NCBI GenBank assembly: GCA_028534125.1
Contig: CM052818.1
Coordinates: 26,662,001 to 26,726,000 of the forward strand
From: Lama glama
Taxonomy: Eukaryota
Length of the DNA stretch: 64,000 bases
Reading direction: 5' to 3'
Under the pieces are notes generated by a model. That model made no database searches. It had not been told where the DNA came from and worked only from the letters and a program-made list of their open reading frames with translations. Both the position numbers and the translations under genes were made by a program. How positions within the stretch are numbered: position 1 is the stretch's first letter; each line of letters begins with the position of its first letter. This document shows positions 1 through 64,000 of this stretch, piece after piece.

Positions 1-259
1 ACCCATTTGCTTTCATAATCTGTTCGCAGATTTGGCTGAGGGTTAATGTTAAGTTTATACGTGTGAAGTTTCCAAAATCTGTTTCCCAACTTCTCCATGC
101 CACAAAACTTGAAGCACCTCTTACCCATCTCCAGGCCTTGATTATTTCTCTTTTTCTGAACTCTTTCTCCAAGATTATAGGAGTTAGCTTTGTGATTGCA
201 CTTGCTAATTGCTTTAGCAATATGAATGGATTGCATCTTGCACTCAAATAAAGGTGTTT

Positions 260-1230
260 TGTCTCTCTTACTCACCAGGCTTAGGTTTCGGTTCTCAGTG
301 CTCTTCCGCAACTTTAGTTTAAAAACTGAAGGAAGATAAGCAAAATATAAGTTGAGCAAATCTGCCTTCTCTACATGCTCTCTCAACCTTAACAACATCC
401 TCTCTGAGCAGTGATTCTCTCAGTTCCTTGTTCTCTTTGAGAAATAGTATGTTATTGTGAAAACAGCACTTGGTAGGAAAGTATGAAACTTGGGTCCTAA
501 TTCTCTACCTCTTAATAGCTGTTGATGCTGGGAAAGTTACTTTATCTGCTTTGTGCTTTAGTTTTCTCACCTGCAAAAATAATATTTGTGCTGTCAAATT
601 CCAAAGAGATACCATGAGTTAGAGTGTATGAAACATTTACAAGATGTTAAGTGCTATACATCATAAGGTGGGATAAAAATTATTTATTTAATGTAGCTCT
701 AAAAGCTTTTGTTATCTTTAAGCAGTTTTTTCTAAGCCTTAGTTTTTCCTGAACTTTCTCATTCCTAATACTACATCCATTTGTTTTTGCTTTTCTATTA
801 ATGTTCATCCTAATTTGTTTAGCTCACTTAACTATTCTCCAGAGATTCATTCTACAACCACACTGGATGTTTCACTCTTTTTCATCATTGGAATTATTTA
901 CAGGTCTATAGATAGAATTTGAATGGAAAGATCCATCTCTTGTGAGCCATGTCACTTTGCCATGGGGGTCACTTAAAATTTTTTTCTTTTGAACTGTCCT
1001 TATGTAAAACTCATACATGTGTAACTGTGCTAAGTGTTCTTTTTTACTTTTAGAAACTTTTTATGGGGAGATCAAAATCGAGATTGCTTTCCTCCTACGT
1101 TCCTGCCTTAAGTATGTCTTCTGCAGTTCTTTGTATGCCATGTAACTGTTTAGTATATGCCCTCCTGCTTCCTTAGTTTTCTGAAAGAGATCTGTCTACA
1201 AAGCAAGTCAGGACTCATGTTTTGGCAGAA
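260..1230 (-). mobile_element. Ancient L3/CR1 LINE fragments, interrupted by a MIR
   Basis: gcaaaatataagttgagcaaatctgccttctct and caaagcaagtcagga resemble L3 consensus segments; boundaries approximate. Confidence 0.45.
445..660 (+). mobile_element. MIR SINE
   Basis: MIR core-like gggaaagttactttatctgctttgtgctttagttttctcacctgcaaaaa. Confidence 0.65.
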
Positions 1231-1671
1231 TTAGGCTTTTAGTAAGAAGAAGAATACTTTTATCTATGTTAGGACAGTATTATACATCTTTTGTATGGCA
1301 GAGTGGTATATACTTTATTTCTATGTGAATGTCCGTTTTACTTTTTTTGGCCCCTTCTATTTTTCTGTTTTTGTCATAACTCAGTTGTGTATTTGTGGAA
1401 TGAAAATGTTTTGATCTGCAAGTTTCAGGTAATAGGGAGGAATTCCAGGGATACTCTCTTTGAGCAGGAGGCTCTCCCTGAAATTATGCCTGTAGTGAAA
1501 AGTGGCTCTGATAACTAGACCAAAAAATGGCTACCCATTAGGATTTATTGGTGAATTATAAACATACAACCAAAAATTACCATTTTTAAAAAAAGTATAG
1601 AGATTCTTGTATTTTTGAAATAATATCAAGTGAGTATAAAGTATTAAAATTTTTTAAAAAATTTATTCCAG

Positions 1672-2339
1672 GCTGACTACATTTCAGAAAGCATCAACTT
1701 TTCATGATGGACCCATTTATCAAATGGAATATGCCTGTACTACTTTAAAAAGCTTTGTGCTTAATCCTGGAAAATTTACTCCCCTAAAATGAAAATGAAG
1801 ACATTTGAGAAGGTGATTTAAGGTGTGAACATTTGAGGAAGTGTCCCATTAAATCAGTGAACCAAAGGATAAGTACTGAATAGATTAATCCTAAACACTT
1901 ACTGTTTTTTAAACCAGGAAGATTTCATCTTGACAGAAAAACAGTTTTTATTCATTATGTATTTTATGAAACTAAAAGAGAGAGACAAGAATAGACTTAA
2001 AAGAAAATAGATGAAGATGTTCAGTAAATAAGCAATGTCAGTTCTCTTCTGATGAGAATAATTCCGTGATGTTAAATCCTTTCCAAATCCCTGGTTGTGG
2101 TCCTAAAGACAAGATTCTTTTTTGATGGGACTGATATTACGGGAAGTAGGACCTTTTGTGAATTCAACTCACAGTTGAAGAACTTGCCATCATCAGCATG
2201 AGTGGTTTAAAAGAGGAAATAAAGAAGCTTTCAACTAAATCGAAAAGTACAGTCATTTTTTTACTGCTGTGATTTTAAGGCCTCCTCATAACCATTGAAA
2301 AAGAATTGACAACTGTTTTAAAAGACTTAAAAAAGGCAG
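1672..2339 (+). other. PRKD3: Probable 5'UTR part of the start-codon exon
   Basis: Acceptor tttattccAG|GCTG at 1670-1671, followed by repeat-free sequence up to the ATG. Alternative acceptor-like AGs at 1916-1917 and 2278-2279 make the start uncertain. Confidence 0.55.
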
Positions 2340-63320
<60,981 letters not shown>

Positions 63321-64000
63321 TTATCAGTGAGCTAACTTCAGCAAGGAAGGATTTCATGTTATGGACTGATACTTCCTGCACAACTTTTGTTCTCCGTAGG
63401 TTGTCATCTGAAAGGATGCAAAGACATGAGGAGATATGGTAAAGAATTAGTGACACCAATACTGTAGTTTATAATGAGCAGGTACAAGAGGGGAGTCTGA
63501 GTAATAAAAACACATAATGGAACCCAAGGTGAAGCTTTTCATAAATTTTTATAGCATCAGCAATAACTGGTTTTTGTATTTTTTCCTAATCCTTCACTTT
63601 AGTACAATAGTGGCACTTAATTTATCTTCCCTTTCCTGTTCTTGTATGTTTTTAAAGGAGGAAAAGGCAGGCTGGAGTCCAGTTATTGCATAGCTTGACC
63701 AGATCATACAAGAGTTGCAGGTTGGTTATTAAACACATTTGCATTTACACGATAACTGAGAGGCTGCCAGCATGCCATTTCCTATAAGGACTTTAAACAT
63801 TTGTTTAACTGACCATGGAAGCATCGAGGGGATTTTCCTAGACACCTAGAACAGGAGTGCTGGACTGCTTTACCTTCTTTTACCAAAACAGTGATCCTTA
63901 ACCTTTTTGGAGTTGGAATTCTGAATATGTTCTTCACAACATAAAAACTAAGTTGTCATCTTTTTGTATGTTGCAACAGTCTCTAAGATAATTTGGGACA
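63321..64000 (+). other. PRKD3: PRKD3 3'UTR (probably extends beyond the window)
   Basis: Follows the stop codon; repeat-free; AATAAA at 63503-63508. Confidence 0.8.

Overview
This is mammalian genomic DNA, most likely from a camelid (alpaca, llama or camel). The evidence is a Vic-1-type tRNA-derived SINE and no recognisable Alu, Bov-A/B, PRE1 or CAN SINEs. The window holds the complete coding region of PRKD3 (protein kinase D3) on the + strand. It has 18 coding exons, all GT-AG and frame-consistent, running from ATG 2340 to TAG 63318-63320 (2670 nt, 889 aa; C1a, C1b, PH and kinase domains). A probable long 5'UTR segment (about 1672-2339) and the start of the 3'UTR are also present. There is no CpG island, so the promoter and first non-coding exon probably lie upstream of the window. 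The introns are full of L1, L2, L3, MIR, MaLR/ERV LTR and hAT/Tigger relics. I found no new multi-gene system. The best observations are an apparent L1 3' transduction with target-site duplications (TSDs), a TSD-flanked truncated U2 snRNA retrocopy, a uATG-dense start exon that would give a 107-aa ORF if back-spliced, and several young lineage-specific insertions. Repeat family names and human comparisons come from memory of consensus sequences and need RepeatMasker/Dfam or alignment confirmation.
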